Shown here piece by piece: positions 30,076 to 40,674 of a stretch of DNA of 64,000 nucleotides. The number at the start of each line of letters is the position of its first letter. The first letter of the stretch is position 1. The translations under genes and the position numbers were made by a program. Under the pieces are notes generated by a model. It did no database searches, was not told the DNA's origin, and was given only the letters and a program-made list of their open reading frames with translations. Origin of the DNA: an uncultured virus (IMG/VR IMGVR_UViG_3300030060_004020) (Duplodnaviria; Heunggongvirae; Uroviricota; Caudoviricetes); IMG/VR virus record IMGVR_UViG_3300030060_004020, positions 1-64,000 of that record; one strand, written 5' to 3'.

Positions 30076-31175
30076 TCGTCTATCTCCTCAAATCTAAAAT
30101 AAAATAAAGTATCTTTTAAACTAGGTAATAAATTATTAATTAAGAATTTATTTCTTATTGTTGTAGTCATGCACATTTCATGTAGTTCTCCCATAAACTG
30201 TTTGTTAGCCGTAGCACTATCTTCTCCTACTCCTTGATTGTCGTTAGAACCAATAAACAAATCTTCCTGCGCCATAGAAAAATTAGAACTTACATCTATG
30301 CTTTGGCTTTTTTCAAGTTTTCCATCTAAATAAATATAGATGTTTTTTGTTATATCATTATAACAACAAGCAATATGATATTGATTTTCAATGTAAGAAG
30401 GATTCTTATAAGACGATATGAATATTTTTGTTCCACTACCTATACTACTAGAGGGAGCAGTGTTTAGAACAATACTAACACCGGAATTGATAGAAGCGAT
30501 AGTTCCTAAAGATGTAAATGTAAATTCATTTCTTGTAAATACTTCTTGCCCTACATGAAACTTAGCAGTAGAAGCAACCGGAACTGTTGTAGTGCTATTA
30601 GTGCCATCAGTAGTTCCACCAATGACATGTGTTTGTCTACTGTTGGTGTCAAATCCTTCTAATGTGTCCGAAGTATAAAAATGAGTAAATCCGGTAGTAG
30701 AAGTAATAACTGCATTATCTGTTGTTGCGGTATAATCAGTTCCTCCTATTTTCAAACCCACTTTAATTTTATATTCAGCAGGTTGATTTTCATTATGTAG
30801 TGTCGAGTTTAGCAAAGACACATAAAAATTAGTGCTAGAAAATATTCTCATTTCATGGGTTAGCCTAGCACTTTGAGTTAGGTAATCTTCACTTTGATGA
30901 TTAGCACTATTAGCACTACTAAATATAACACTAGGAATTACTTTTTGTGTAGAAGTTGTATTTGGTCTTGAAGTAGCCGAGTATTGCCCTACTCCATTTA
31001 TGTCATAAGGAGTCAATATACTTTCAAAAGTAAATGAACCTGTATGCGCCCAAATTCCATAATTTATATTATCTGTTGTAGAAGGAACATTGTCGCTATA
31101 ATCTATTTTAACATGAGCATTACACATAACGGGGAATATTAATCCCCTTTGTTTACCCACCAAAACATCATACAT
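30072..31175 (-). CDS. LamG/concanavalin-like tail protein
   Basis: SFTFES, YHIACCY, IYLDGKL, LFIGS, FMGELHE. Confidence 0.7.
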   Translation of the reverse strand: MYDVLVGKQRGLIFPVMCNAHVKIDYSDNVPSTTDNINYGIWAHTGSFTFESILTPYDINGVGQYSATSRPNTTSTQKVIPSVIFSSANSANHQSEDYLTQSARLTHEMRIFSSTNFYVSLLNSTLHNENQPAEYKIKVGLKIGGTDYTATTDNAVITSTTGFTHFYTSDTLEGFDTNSRQTHVIGGTTDGTNSTTTVPVASTAKFHVGQEVFTRNEFTFTSLGTIASINSGVSIVLNTAPSSSIGSGTKIFISSYKNPSYIENQYHIACCYNDITKNIYIYLDGKLEKSQSIDVSSNFSMAQEDLFIGSNDNQGVGEDSATANKQFMGELHEMCMTTTIRNKFLINNLLPSLKDTLFYFRFEEIDE

Positions 31176-31183
31176 GCTATCAC

Positions 31184-31816
31184 CTATGGAATAATAATTG
31201 CCGTTTCAAATTCTAAACTAAAGGATAACTCATAAGTTTCTCCGCTTATATCGCAACTAAAACTTCTAATGAATCCTGTCAATCCTGTATCTGTTTGTGC
31301 ATCGGGAAATGAAGATATTTTTGCAGGAACTCCTACATTATCTAAAGCATTATTCTCTCCTCTTGAAGCAAAGGTAAATGGAACTAAAGTCCCTGTTTCT
31401 CTATCTGCCGTATCAATGCCTCCTCTTTGAACATAATTTGAATCAACAAAAGAAGGCATTAAAACTACTAATTCATTAAATGCTTGGTTTTCTGCAAATC
31501 CTGTCGAATCTACTCCCGACGCTATTAATTGAGCAATTTCATGTGCGGTAAAAACAACATCTGTTTCTGAGCCATCATGTGTTTTTTTGATTTGTTGGTC
31601 TAATATAATTCCTTGAACTGATACTGTCTTTTGAGCCATTCCTAAATCTAAAGCAGCAGTAATTGATTCACCCGTAGCAACACCGGACAAAGGAATAGGA
31701 AATGCAGGGATTGTTTTACTTACTGATATAGAAACCGAATTAGCCTTAAGAGGTATAGTGTTAATGTTCAAATCACTACCCGAAAAACTTTGTAGTTTTA
31801 AATATACATAACTCAT
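31184..31816 (-). CDS. Distal tail (Dit)-like protein
   Basis: Directly after TMP; LDLG...VSVQGII, GFIRSFS...FSLEF. Confidence 0.55.
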   Translation of the reverse strand: MSYVYLKLQSFSGSDLNINTIPLKANSVSISVSKTIPAFPIPLSGVATGESITAALDLGMAQKTVSVQGIILDQQIKKTHDGSETDVVFTAHEIAQLIASGVDSTGFAENQAFNELVVLMPSFVDSNYVQRGGIDTADRETGTLVPFTFASRGENNALDNVGVPAKISSFPDAQTDTGLTGFIRSFSCDISGETYELSFSLEFETAIIIP

Positions 31817-31820
31817 ATCA

Positions 31821-33482
31821 TCACCTTACAAATCCACTAGAAGAAGTTCTCCTATTCAATTTGCCTGTTATCATATCGGCTAGTTTTTGCGCTATTCTTC
31901 TAAGTTCAGCATCCGAAGTATCTTTGGCATTTATTGTAACGCTAACATTATTGTTCACTACACCACCGCCCATTTTCTTACTTTCATTATTGTTATGAAC
32001 TCTAGCCCCTTTTGGTAAATTAACTAACTCCGGCCCTCTTTCTCCAACAACTGCCATACCGCCTCCCGAAACTCCTCCGTTAGCAAAAAAGTCTAATTTG
32101 AAAGTGTCTTTTATAATGTCACCTAATTTTTTAACTACTGCAAAAAGCAAAGCAGTAAGACCAAGAATCATTAAAGCGGGAAGAGCATAAATAGCAACTA
32201 CTGTTAGCATTTGAATCATTATTTGTTTCACTACATAGGCTGCTAAAAAGATAAATAAGGCTTTCTTCGCTATTTTAAACACTGTGCTTCTAAATTGTTC
32301 GTCGGTTAAGAATTTATGAATGAGGTCTAATCCCGTATAAAACACCCCTATTGCTAGTGCCAATAGACCTTTTAATACTACTCCAAGCAAATTCAATCCT
32401 ATTAATAATAAATTATCAACAAATTCTAAAGCATAGTCTAAAAATGTATAAATATCTCCCGATAATAAAGCACCTATCATACTAAATATTAACATAACAT
32501 TATCTAATACTAATGACCCTATTCTCATTATATCATCTATTACTCCCAAATCTTGTAGTATTCCTAATGAATCATGGATAAATTTAGCCAATACCAAGAA
32601 TCCCATAATTCCAAGCATTAGCATTATTAACACTTTAAAGGCATAATTAAGAACAGGCTTCATAGTTTTTTGAAGACCAATCATCCCTTTTCTATATTTT
32701 AAAGTTTTTTTAGCCATTTTTTCTTGAAATTTTTGCCGTCTTTCTCCTAGTCTAAGAGTAGCGGAAATCTTATCTTCTATCTCTTTAAATATTTCAAGTT
32801 GAGTAGTTGCTTGTGGTTTCTTTTTAGTTAAAAAGAACTCTTCTTTTAATGCCCTTTCTTGAGAGCGAATACCGGATTTTATTTTACCTCTACCTGCTTT
32901 TGATTCTAAATTTTCATCAAAAATTGCTTGTTTTTGTGCCGCCTCAAACACTTTACTTTGCTGAACCCCTTTATCTAGTAGTTCTTCTATTCCTGCTAAT
33001 ACTTGTTCATCCACACTCTTCATTGTTAGTTTAGCATTGGCATATGCGGCAGTTCCTTTTATTGCTTCTTGCATAGCCTTATTTTCTTTTAGCATATCAA
33101 CTGCGGCTTGCTGACTTCCTTCCTGTATTAGTTTTTTTACTTTATTTACTTCGACTAATTCTTTTGTGAGTTTTCCATGCGAGGAAACTAAATCAATAAG
33201 TTGTTTTTGTTCCTTAGAAGCGGCTAGAGTATTTTTCTTAGATGCTTCTTCTATTTGTGCCAATATATCCACAAATGCTCTTACTTTATTTTGTAGTCTC
33301 CATAACGGACTACCGGAAACAAGCCTAGCAAAAATTGTCCATTTTTTACCAGCGTCACTTGTTGCTTTAGAATATCCAATAATTCTTTTTGTGAAGCCTT
33401 GAAAACCCTTATCCGCTAATTTAGTAACATCGTTAAGACTACCAAGACTATCTGCGAGTTTTTCGACTTCATTCTCGGCCAT
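31821..33482 (-). CDS. Tail tape measure protein
   Basis: Helical with hydrophobic stretches; FANGG...VVGERGPELV; follows chaperones. Confidence 0.85.
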   Translation of the reverse strand: MAENEVEKLADSLGSLNDVTKLADKGFQGFTKRIIGYSKATSDAGKKWTIFARLVSGSPLWRLQNKVRAFVDILAQIEEASKKNTLAASKEQKQLIDLVSSHGKLTKELVEVNKVKKLIQEGSQQAAVDMLKENKAMQEAIKGTAAYANAKLTMKSVDEQVLAGIEELLDKGVQQSKVFEAAQKQAIFDENLESKAGRGKIKSGIRSQERALKEEFFLTKKKPQATTQLEIFKEIEDKISATLRLGERRQKFQEKMAKKTLKYRKGMIGLQKTMKPVLNYAFKVLIMLMLGIMGFLVLAKFIHDSLGILQDLGVIDDIMRIGSLVLDNVMLIFSMIGALLSGDIYTFLDYALEFVDNLLLIGLNLLGVVLKGLLALAIGVFYTGLDLIHKFLTDEQFRSTVFKIAKKALFIFLAAYVVKQIMIQMLTVVAIYALPALMILGLTALLFAVVKKLGDIIKDTFKLDFFANGGVSGGGMAVVGERGPELVNLPKGARVHNNNESKKMGGGVVNNNVSVTINAKDTSDAELRRIAQKLADMITGKLNRRTSSSGFVR

Positions 33483-33483
33483 G

Positions 33484-33696
33484 TTATCTACCTGCGTTCT
33501 TTTTTGCTTTCTCTAACTCGTCATGTTTAATCTTTTCCATACTAAAATGAACTCTCAATAAATCCATCACTAAACTTGATGGCATTTTATAAATTTCTAG
33601 TGGACTTATAGATAAAGCCGAAGCCAATGTATAAGTCATAATTAAGAATACTGTTTCGGGAGTAGTCCCCTTCCCCTTAATAGCATTCTCAATCAC
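33484..33696 (-). CDS. Tail assembly chaperone extension (gpT-like, -1 frameshift product)
   Basis: In the -1 frame of the upstream gene; ISPLEIYKMP motif. Confidence 0.7.
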   Translation of the reverse strand: MIENAIKGKGTTPETVFLIMTYTLASALSISPLEIYKMPSSLVMDLLRVHFSMEKIKHDELEKAKKNAGR

Positions 33697-34058
33697 TCGT
33701 TTTTTTCTTCATCCTCCTGTAAAACATTCATAGGATTAGGTAGGATTTCTTTTAATTGATTGCCAACATAAGGACTTAGCCTTAGCATATCAAGTGTTGA
33801 GAGTGAGGGTTCTGTTTTAGATATAAAATTCTCTACCATATAACGATACATGGCGTTAATATCAATATCTACATTTTGTGTTCTAGTGTCTATTTTCATA
33901 ACACTATTCATGGCTTTTTCAGCCTCTAGCCATGTAGGTTCTTTTACCCACACTTTTAGATATTCTTCTTGTTCGGGTGCTACTTTAACATAGTGTAGCG
34001 TAGGCTCTTGTAGTGCGAATAGCACATTCTTATCTTTTATTACTTTCTTTTCAGTCAT
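33693..34058 (-). CDS. Tail assembly chaperone (gpG-like)
   Basis: Between tail tube and TMP; ends in slippery heptamer. Confidence 0.75.
   Translation of the reverse strand: MTEKKVIKDKNVLFALQEPTLHYVKVAPEQEEYLKVWVKEPTWLEAEKAMNSVMKIDTRTQNVDIDINAMYRYMVENFISKTEPSLSTLDMLRLSPYVGNQLKEILPNPMNVLQEDEEKNE
33699..33705 (-). promoter_or_regulatory. -1 ribosomal frameshift slippery site A AAA AAC
   Basis: GAA AAA AAC GAG TGA; -1 slip reads CGA GTG ATT GAG into the next ORF. Confidence 0.75.
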
Positions 34059-34110
34059 ATTATCCACCTTCAAAACCAACAAACAAACAAACGGTGTTGG
34101 TGGAATTTAA

Positions 34111-34221
34111 TCACTTGGCTATTGGAGTTTTCTTTTTCTCCTCCTTAGCCTTCTTTTTTGCTTTAGCCTTTTCTTGTTTTTCCGCTAAAGCCTTTAATCT
34201 TAATTTTTCTCTTTTATCCAA
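34111..34221 (-). CDS. Lys/Glu-rich peptide, 36 aa
   Basis: TTG start after GGTGA; MDKREKLRLKALAEKQEKAKAKKK... Confidence 0.4.
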   Translation of the reverse strand: MDKREKLRLKALAEKQEKAKAKKKAKEEKKKTPIAK

Positions 34222-34225
34222 AGAA

Positions 34226-35863
34226 TCACCCCTGTAAAACCCAATGTGTTGTTACTTCACACAAATGTAAGTCTCTCGGCATTACTGTTCCTTCAATAGT
34301 AATTGGCCCTTTGTCGTCGGGAATAGTAACATTAGCCGCACTTAAGAAATAATTTTTCAATTGTATTTTTATCTTCTCTCCATTGTCTTTATCAAATTCT
34401 AAATTTAATAAACCATTCGCTACTGTATCGGTGGCAATTTCTTCTGTTTGTGAATTAACCCCAACTAATTCTTCATAGAGTTTATCATCAGTAATCATAG
34501 CGGTAAAAGAAATTTCATATGTTCTTTGAGCAGGTATAGCGTCTTTTATCTTTTTATTTCCTATTCCTAAAAATCTCTTGTCTTGTAGGTTGTTGTTGAT
34601 TGTCAAAGTAAAATTAGTTATCTTCAAAAATTGTTGTCCAAATATACTAAAAGAACCACTTGAGAAAAAGAATGGCTCTAGCGATTCTGCCCCTGTTGCT
34701 GCTAAAGTATTTGAGCCGCTACCATAATTAAATAGAGTTGTGTTGGTTAAATCTGAATTTCCTCCTCTTGCTTGGTATGCTTCTTGTTGTTTTAGAGTAT
34801 GAACTGTTCTAGTGTTTAAATCCATAGTCATTTTAACTTCTTCATTTTCATTAGCCGTCATAGTTAATGTATTGACTCTATTGCCTCTTGCTATTCTAAC
34901 AAAATTCTTTGACTCGGAAGCCGCCGTCGTTTCTGTATTGTAGGTATTGGAAGATTCTAATTTACTTAGCGTTTGTTCAAGAGCAAAAGAAGGTAAGTCT
35001 TCTCCGTTTGCTTCTGCAAATGTATATTTGATTGGGTCTTGAATAACACCCGAAGCATTGTGACTAGGTAATGTAAGTAATGCAAAATGTGTAGCAGTAT
35101 CTTGGTGCGCTACAGGAGGTATCATAAATGAAGAATCAGTGGCAGTTCTATAAAATATAGGGCCTGTTGAAGTGTGTCCTTCTAAAGTATCGCTAAATGT
35201 TTTAGCGGTAGCGGTTTCTCCAATATCTAAATAATGAACATTATTAGCATGTGCAGTATAAGGTGGAGTTGCAGGGTCTAATGAACTTGAACCTGTAAAT
35301 GTAGCATTAACCTTAGAACATTGTCCTAGCGCATAATATAACCATGCTCCATGATTTGTAATGTATGCTAAATTCCCACCACTAGAAGTTTCGATACCTT
35401 TGTATTGATGAGTAAAATTTCTTTTTCCTCCTAATGAAAGATTGAGTTGTTTCATCTCAACCTCAACACTTGGGAAGGTTGCAGTTTCTAAAATACCTAG
35501 CCAATTGTCAGCACTTAATCTAGCAATCGAGCCTGTTTTAGTAGTAGGGGCGGGTGTTCCATAAGCATGTAATACAATAAAATCTGTTGCATCTTGTATA
35601 GTTAAAGTATGTGCGGGGGTTATAGTAAAAGAAGTTGTGTCATTTGATGAAACAGTATGTGTTGAAACATAAGTTCCATTATCATACAAGTCAACCTTAC
35701 AACCAACATATAAGTCTTCAACCAATCTTACATTGTCACTCCATAAAGCATCAGCAACTAATTGAGTGCTTGAACTTGAACTGTCTAAAATAATCTTTAA
35801 GTCTAACTCCGGTATGAATGTTAAACTTGCTCCACTTCCTAAAAATATATCTGTATTTGTCAT
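34226..35863 (-). CDS. Major tail (tube) protein
   Basis: LPSFALE, RVNTLTMTA, ITNFTLTINNNL, RTYEISFT. Confidence 0.8.
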   Translation of the reverse strand: MTNTDIFLGSGASLTFIPELDLKIILDSSSSSTQLVADALWSDNVRLVEDLYVGCKVDLYDNGTYVSTHTVSSNDTTSFTITPAHTLTIQDATDFIVLHAYGTPAPTTKTGSIARLSADNWLGILETATFPSVEVEMKQLNLSLGGKRNFTHQYKGIETSSGGNLAYITNHGAWLYYALGQCSKVNATFTGSSSLDPATPPYTAHANNVHYLDIGETATAKTFSDTLEGHTSTGPIFYRTATDSSFMIPPVAHQDTATHFALLTLPSHNASGVIQDPIKYTFAEANGEDLPSFALEQTLSKLESSNTYNTETTAASESKNFVRIARGNRVNTLTMTANENEEVKMTMDLNTRTVHTLKQQEAYQARGGNSDLTNTTLFNYGSGSNTLAATGAESLEPFFFSSGSFSIFGQQFLKITNFTLTINNNLQDKRFLGIGNKKIKDAIPAQRTYEISFTAMITDDKLYEELVGVNSQTEEIATDTVANGLLNLEFDKDNGEKIKIQLKNYFLSAANVTIPDDKGPITIEGTVMPRDLHLCEVTTHWVLQG

Positions 35864-35892
35864 GCTTATCTCCCCTCTCCTTTACTTACTTA

Positions 35893-36402
35893 CTAGGGAA
35901 TACTTAATGCGAATCGTTTTGCTTCTACTGTTAATTTATATCCGAATAACCTCTTTGCTCTATCGTTGCTCTCGCTTCTTGAACCTACAAACACTTGATT
36001 AAACTTAGAACCATCACTTGCAGTATATCCCTTACGACCTCGCTCAAGCGTATGACGGGCTATCAAGTATAAAGCCTTTAGCCTATCTTTACCAAAGGCG
36101 GCATCTGTTCCGGCTCTTTCATCATGTATGGTTCTCATGTGCATTGTAAATGAATAGGTTTCATTTCTTACATCAAAATGAACTGTTGGATATTCTATAT
36201 TTTGAGAGTCTTCAAAGAATACTATAACATCTTTCGCCGTTAAATCATATCTAACTCCTCTATTCTTATCTAATGTTCTAACATCAACAAAGTTAGGAGT
36301 TCCTGCATGGTCGGCAGTTATTTTTCCTTCACTAATTAATGTTGTAACAGAAGAACTCCAATTAGTAGAGACTAAATCAATAAGTAAACTTACTTCATCC
36401 AT
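35893..36402 (-). CDS. Tail terminator/completion protein
   Basis: Size and position before tail tube. Confidence 0.5.
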   Translation of the reverse strand: MDEVSLLIDLVSTNWSSSVTTLISEGKITADHAGTPNFVDVRTLDKNRGVRYDLTAKDVIVFFEDSQNIEYPTVHFDVRNETYSFTMHMRTIHDERAGTDAAFGKDRLKALYLIARHTLERGRKGYTASDGSKFNQVFVGSRSESNDRAKRLFGYKLTVEAKRFALSIP

Positions 36403-36403
36403 A

Positions 36404-36610
36404 TTATCGCCTCAATGCTTTTTTAAAATCATCACTTATTTTTTGAGATAAAGCCCTGCTAAAGTTTTCTTGAGCATTCTTTATTATTTCTTTATTGCTA
36501 AACGATACATCAATTCCTAATACTTCCGATAATTCTTGCATAGCCTTTTGTCTTTCCATTTCTATTTCTAAAAATTTCTTGAACATCTGTATTTCTTGCA
36601 TACAAATCAC
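36404..36610 (-). CDS. Hypothetical neck-region protein
   Basis: 68 aa ORF in operon. Confidence 0.45.
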   Translation of the reverse strand: MICMQEIQMFKKFLEIEMERQKAMQELSEVLGIDVSFSNKEIIKNAQENFSRALSQKISDDFKKALRR

Positions 36611-37725
36611 TCAAGTAAATAAACTAAGTCTCCCTTTCCTTTCAGTATATCCATAGCCTCTTTTGTTAGAATATCATATTTTTCTTTAGTTGAAATATTA
36701 CCGCCTGTTTCAGCAATCATTATTGTTTGGTCGTCATGTCTTAACAATTCAGCCGCAACTAACATTGTAGTTGCTTTATGTATAGCCGAAGGAACTCTTG
36801 AAGAACCCGCAACATAAGTAATTATAATTGAGTTTTGAGTGTGATATGGATAATCTCTTAGGAAAAATATTCTTCCATCATCTTTAATACTCCAAAAACT
36901 ACCCAATCTTTTCATGTCTTGCATATCTGTAAATGCTTCCGAAGTTGATTGTGAATCTTGACCTGCTTTATCTGTAAGTGTTATTGTGCATCCCGAACCA
37001 TCTTCTCCTGCTAACAAACTTGAAATATTAATCTTATATCCATTATCGGGGTCAATAGAAGCATAAAAGAAATCACTTATGCTTAAATTATTAGGTGAAG
37101 AAGTTCTTTCTTTTTCTCTATTAGCCCCTGTAAATTGAGCAGTATTAGCAGGAAACTCTTCATTAATTAAATGGCAAATATCCCTAGCAGTTGTCTTTGC
37201 ACCGAATCTACTATCAAATGTATTATGTGCCGACATAGTTCCTTCCCCTTGAAAAAACAACTCAAAGGTATCGCCACTATTAGGAAGTTGTAAAGTTATT
37301 TTTCTAAGATGTTGAAAACTATCGGGGTTTAGTGTGACGCTTGCTTGAGCCGAAGCCAACTCTTGATAACTATTGCCTTGCCAAACTTTCAAAGATATTA
37401 CTTTCTTTAATTTCATTGTGGCTAATTGTATAAATCCAACATAGCCACCATAGTATGCTTGCATTGGGTGTCTAACAAATTCAAAATCATGGAACTCGTC
37501 TTTATGAATAATAGGTCTGTATGACCTCTTTACTTTATCATCAACAATACCTTCTATGTTTTTTATAATTTTACCAACTTGGGCTTGACTAGGATAAGTA
37601 GAAGATGAAAATGCAGGAACTTGTAGCATATCCGATACTGCATCTTTATCAGTGTAGAAACCTTTTCCTGTTGAATAATCAACATCAATAGATGTATAGT
37701 CGCTTGGGGATGATGCTATTGCCAT
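36607..37725 (-). CDS. Head-tail adaptor with inserted domain
   Basis: YTDKDAV N-terminus; IIITYVAG..VPSAIHKATTMLVA. Confidence 0.7.
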   Translation of the reverse strand: MAIASSPSDYTSIDVDYSTGKGFYTDKDAVSDMLQVPAFSSSTYPSQAQVGKIIKNIEGIVDDKVKRSYRPIIHKDEFHDFEFVRHPMQAYYGGYVGFIQLATMKLKKVISLKVWQGNSYQELASAQASVTLNPDSFQHLRKITLQLPNSGDTFELFFQGEGTMSAHNTFDSRFGAKTTARDICHLINEEFPANTAQFTGANREKERTSSPNNLSISDFFYASIDPDNGYKINISSLLAGEDGSGCTITLTDKAGQDSQSTSEAFTDMQDMKRLGSFWSIKDDGRIFFLRDYPYHTQNSIIITYVAGSSRVPSAIHKATTMLVAAELLRHDDQTIMIAETGGNISTKEKYDILTKEAMDILKGKGDLVYLLE

Positions 37726-37726
37726 T

Positions 37727-39382
37727 TTAAATACCTACCTCTAGTGTTTTTACTCTACTTAATATCGAATTTATAAATGTGTTTAAATGAGAAATATCTA
37801 CTCTACTTTCTATAATACGAGTTTTTTTCTTTTTAGGATTGAAACTTCCTCCTTGAAATATTATAGATGTAGGAGTAGCGTATAATCTTTTTATTTTATA
37901 ATTAGTTGATTTTTTTGTTTTTGTTTTTTCCACTTCAAAATCAATTTTATACGCATTTTCCAAATCATTCAAGTATGGTTTTAATCTTTTTTTTAAGAAA
38001 TCTTTTGTTTTTTCAAAAGAATTTTTTCCGTCGTCACTACTAAACTTACTAGGAGCATCTTTATATTTTTTATAAAATTCACTTTCCATTTTTTCTACTT
38101 CTTCTTTTTTAGCATTAATAATTGTTTTTGTTTTAGTTTCTAATGCAGGTGACTTTTCAAAAATATTATCCTTGCCATCAAAAAAATCCTCATAAGTAAA
38201 TTCTTGAAACTTGTCTATCGAGTTTGCTTTTTTGTCGCCAAGTAATTCCGGTGAAGAAGTCCCTCTAAAAATATTAGCCAAAGTAAGCCCTGTTTCTCCT
38301 ATTAGTTTTTCTACTTCTTTTTGAAAATCAAATAATTCTGTTGCTAGTTTATTAGAAATTTCTTGTTTTTTGGCTTCTTTTTCTAAGTCTTTAAGTGTAG
38401 GTCTAACTATATTTACTTCTTTTCCCTTTTTATCTTTTACTTCATCTAATTTTCTATCTATTTCTCTTTCCTTTTCATCTTCAAAATCAAGTAACATTTT
38501 TCGATATTCAGTTTTGAATGTTCTATTTATTTCATTCCTTAATTTTTTTTCAAGATTTTTTATTTGCCTATATTTAGCAACTTCTTCTTTATTATTATCT
38601 TCATATTTTTTACCTAATTGAACAACTATTGGGTCTACTGCGCTTGTTGGGGTAACAGTTCTTCTGCTTCCCATAGTTTCTACAACCAATGGAATAACTT
38701 GGTCTGTTAGTGTAGAAACTAAATCCGAAGGAGTGTCTTTTCCTAACTGTGGGTTTTTTCCTTGTTCCGCCAAATCACCGGAAGTTTTTGTGTAGGGTTC
38801 TGCAAGTTTAATATTAGTAAATCCTAAATTAACTAAGGTTTTGAATTTATCTCCATCTTTGAATTTGTTTAATTCATCTATTTTAACTCGCTTAATATTA
38901 TCAGCATCAGTTGTTATATTATACAAATCATCAAAGTAAGAATCATAATCTTCAACTCCTTTCTTTAATTGGACTTTTGTTTCTTTAGAGTCTAGTGGGA
39001 ACTCATACATTCTTTTCAAAGTGCTAGGAGTAAGTTCATTCAACTTATAATCCATAATTCTATCATCTAACTTGACAGAATTAAATCTTTTTTTAACTTT
39101 TTTATTTCCTAATAGTTCTTTTAAAGTAGTATCTTTGATTTTATCTAGGGCTTGTTTGTATATTTTTTTATATTCTCTCGCTTTGCCTTGATTTACTTTC
39201 TTTAAATTATCCCACTCGTAGTTATCATCGATGTTATTATTAGCCTTTCTTATTCCGACCTTTATATCTAAAATATTATTTAAGATATATTTCAAAAAAA
39301 CATCATTTGCTATGTCACTATTCCATTGTTTAGGCACACCGTTTATAATGACTTTCAAAAAAATCACCTTCACATTAACCAT
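37727..39382 (-). CDS. Hypothetical Lys-rich protein
   Basis: 551 aa ORF. Confidence 0.6.
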   Translation of the reverse strand: MVNVKVIFLKVIINGVPKQWNSDIANDVFLKYILNNILDIKVGIRKANNNIDDNYEWDNLKKVNQGKAREYKKIYKQALDKIKDTTLKELLGNKKVKKRFNSVKLDDRIMDYKLNELTPSTLKRMYEFPLDSKETKVQLKKGVEDYDSYFDDLYNITTDADNIKRVKIDELNKFKDGDKFKTLVNLGFTNIKLAEPYTKTSGDLAEQGKNPQLGKDTPSDLVSTLTDQVIPLVVETMGSRRTVTPTSAVDPIVVQLGKKYEDNNKEEVAKYRQIKNLEKKLRNEINRTFKTEYRKMLLDFEDEKEREIDRKLDEVKDKKGKEVNIVRPTLKDLEKEAKKQEISNKLATELFDFQKEVEKLIGETGLTLANIFRGTSSPELLGDKKANSIDKFQEFTYEDFFDGKDNIFEKSPALETKTKTIINAKKEEVEKMESEFYKKYKDAPSKFSSDDGKNSFEKTKDFLKKRLKPYLNDLENAYKIDFEVEKTKTKKSTNYKIKRLYATPTSIIFQGGSFNPKKKKTRIIESRVDISHLNTFINSILSRVKTLEVGI

Positions 39383-40047
39383 TTAGCCCAAGCCGCACCT
39401 TTCTGTATGGCACTACCTAAACCTAAACCGCTTGAAGGTGGCTCATAACTCATTTGTCCTTGAGCATCTATCCAATATGGCCTACCATAATTGTCAGTTC
39501 CCGATGGTGGAATAGGATAACCACTACCATTATTCATAGCCCCTTGTACTTGTTGATATTGTTGAACATTACCTGTTAGTCCCGCTACTGCCATACCTGC
39601 TGATGCCTGTTGCATAGGCATTTGTCCTGCTCCTCCACTAAATCCTTGTGATTCTAAGTATTGTTGCTTCGCCAATTTTCTTTGATTAACAACTTCTGTA
39701 TTAATCGCAGCGTCTAGTATTCTTTGTATATCTAACTCAATGTTTTCTTGAGTAATCTTTTCAAACTCTCTCATAGCATCATTATGAATCTTTAACATTC
39801 CTGTTGTAGAATCAGTTGTGAATTGTAATTTAGCCAACATCTTACTAACTACTCTTTCTACAACATCTTCCATGAGTTTTTCCATCTGTGTCAAAAACAT
39901 TTGACCGTGATATTGAAAGAACTCTTCAACATGATTATCTTGTAAAGAAAGTAAATTATTTACATTCTTAAATTGTTGGTCGCTTTGTTGTTGAACTGCC
40001 CCTAAAACTGTGCTATTACTTGTTCCTAAAATCCCCATATTACTCAC
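39370..40047 (-). CDS. Gln/Gly-rich protein with amphipathic C-terminus
   Basis: Helical core, Q/G-rich linker, ends LGSAIQKGAAWAKWLM. Confidence 0.65.
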   Translation of the reverse strand: MSNMGILGTSNSTVLGAVQQQSDQQFKNVNNLLSLQDNHVEEFFQYHGQMFLTQMEKLMEDVVERVVSKMLAKLQFTTDSTTGMLKIHNDAMREFEKITQENIELDIQRILDAAINTEVVNQRKLAKQQYLESQGFSGGAGQMPMQQASAGMAVAGLTGNVQQYQQVQGAMNNGSGYPIPPSGTDNYGRPYWIDAQGQMSYEPPSSGLGLGSAIQKGAAWAKWLM

Positions 40048-40672
40048 CCTGCTCTCCTTTAATTAGATAATTAATCCTTTCTGTATTTAATTGTATTTCC
40101 GCCGTCAATCTAACTATTTCTGCCATTTGTGTTTCTGCATCTTTAGCCGGAGTTGGTGGCGTTATAGTCCACCCCATGCTAGTCAGCCTCATAACATCTT
40201 CTTTAGTTAATGTGTTTAATTGTTGTCTTTTTAACATAGAAGGCATTTTCGCTTTAGGAATAAATGCTTTAAAATCTAAGCCGTGTTCATCAGCCAATAT
40301 TTGTTGTTGTAGCATTTCCATTTGTTTATGAATTGCTGCGTGTTTTTGACAATAAGTTCCTCTCAGTGGCCTACCTTTCTCTACTTTGTCTAATGGTATT
40401 GGTGGTCTTAGATAATCACCGGACTCCCAAACATGATGAGTTCCACATACTACGCATCTATCTTTAAAGTTAAACTTATAGCCGTATTTTAAGAAAAGAA
40501 TCTTTTTCTTCTCCGGTAGTAATACTTTTCTTATTTCTTTCATTTGTTTCTTTGGTTTTAGTGCATCATATTTGTAGTCCTCAATTGGCCCAACTGCTCT
40601 ATATTGTTGCAGTTTGGGTAAAAAAGCATTCTTCGCTTGTTGCGTCTGTATTAAATTCGGTTGTTGATACAT
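40040..40672 (-). CDS. Zn-binding protein with C-terminal coiled coil
   Basis: CVVCG...YCQKH. Confidence 0.65.
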   Translation of the reverse strand: MYQQPNLIQTQQAKNAFLPKLQQYRAVGPIEDYKYDALKPKKQMKEIRKVLLPEKKKILFLKYGYKFNFKDRCVVCGTHHVWESGDYLRPPIPLDKVEKGRPLRGTYCQKHAAIHKQMEMLQQQILADEHGLDFKAFIPKAKMPSMLKRQQLNTLTKEDVMRLTSMGWTITPPTPAKDAETQMAEIVRLTAEIQLNTERINYLIKGEQGE

Positions 40673-40674
40673 CT

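Noticed and set aside
31821..32700. Membrane transporter
   Set aside because: Hydrophobic segments are part of the tape measure protein
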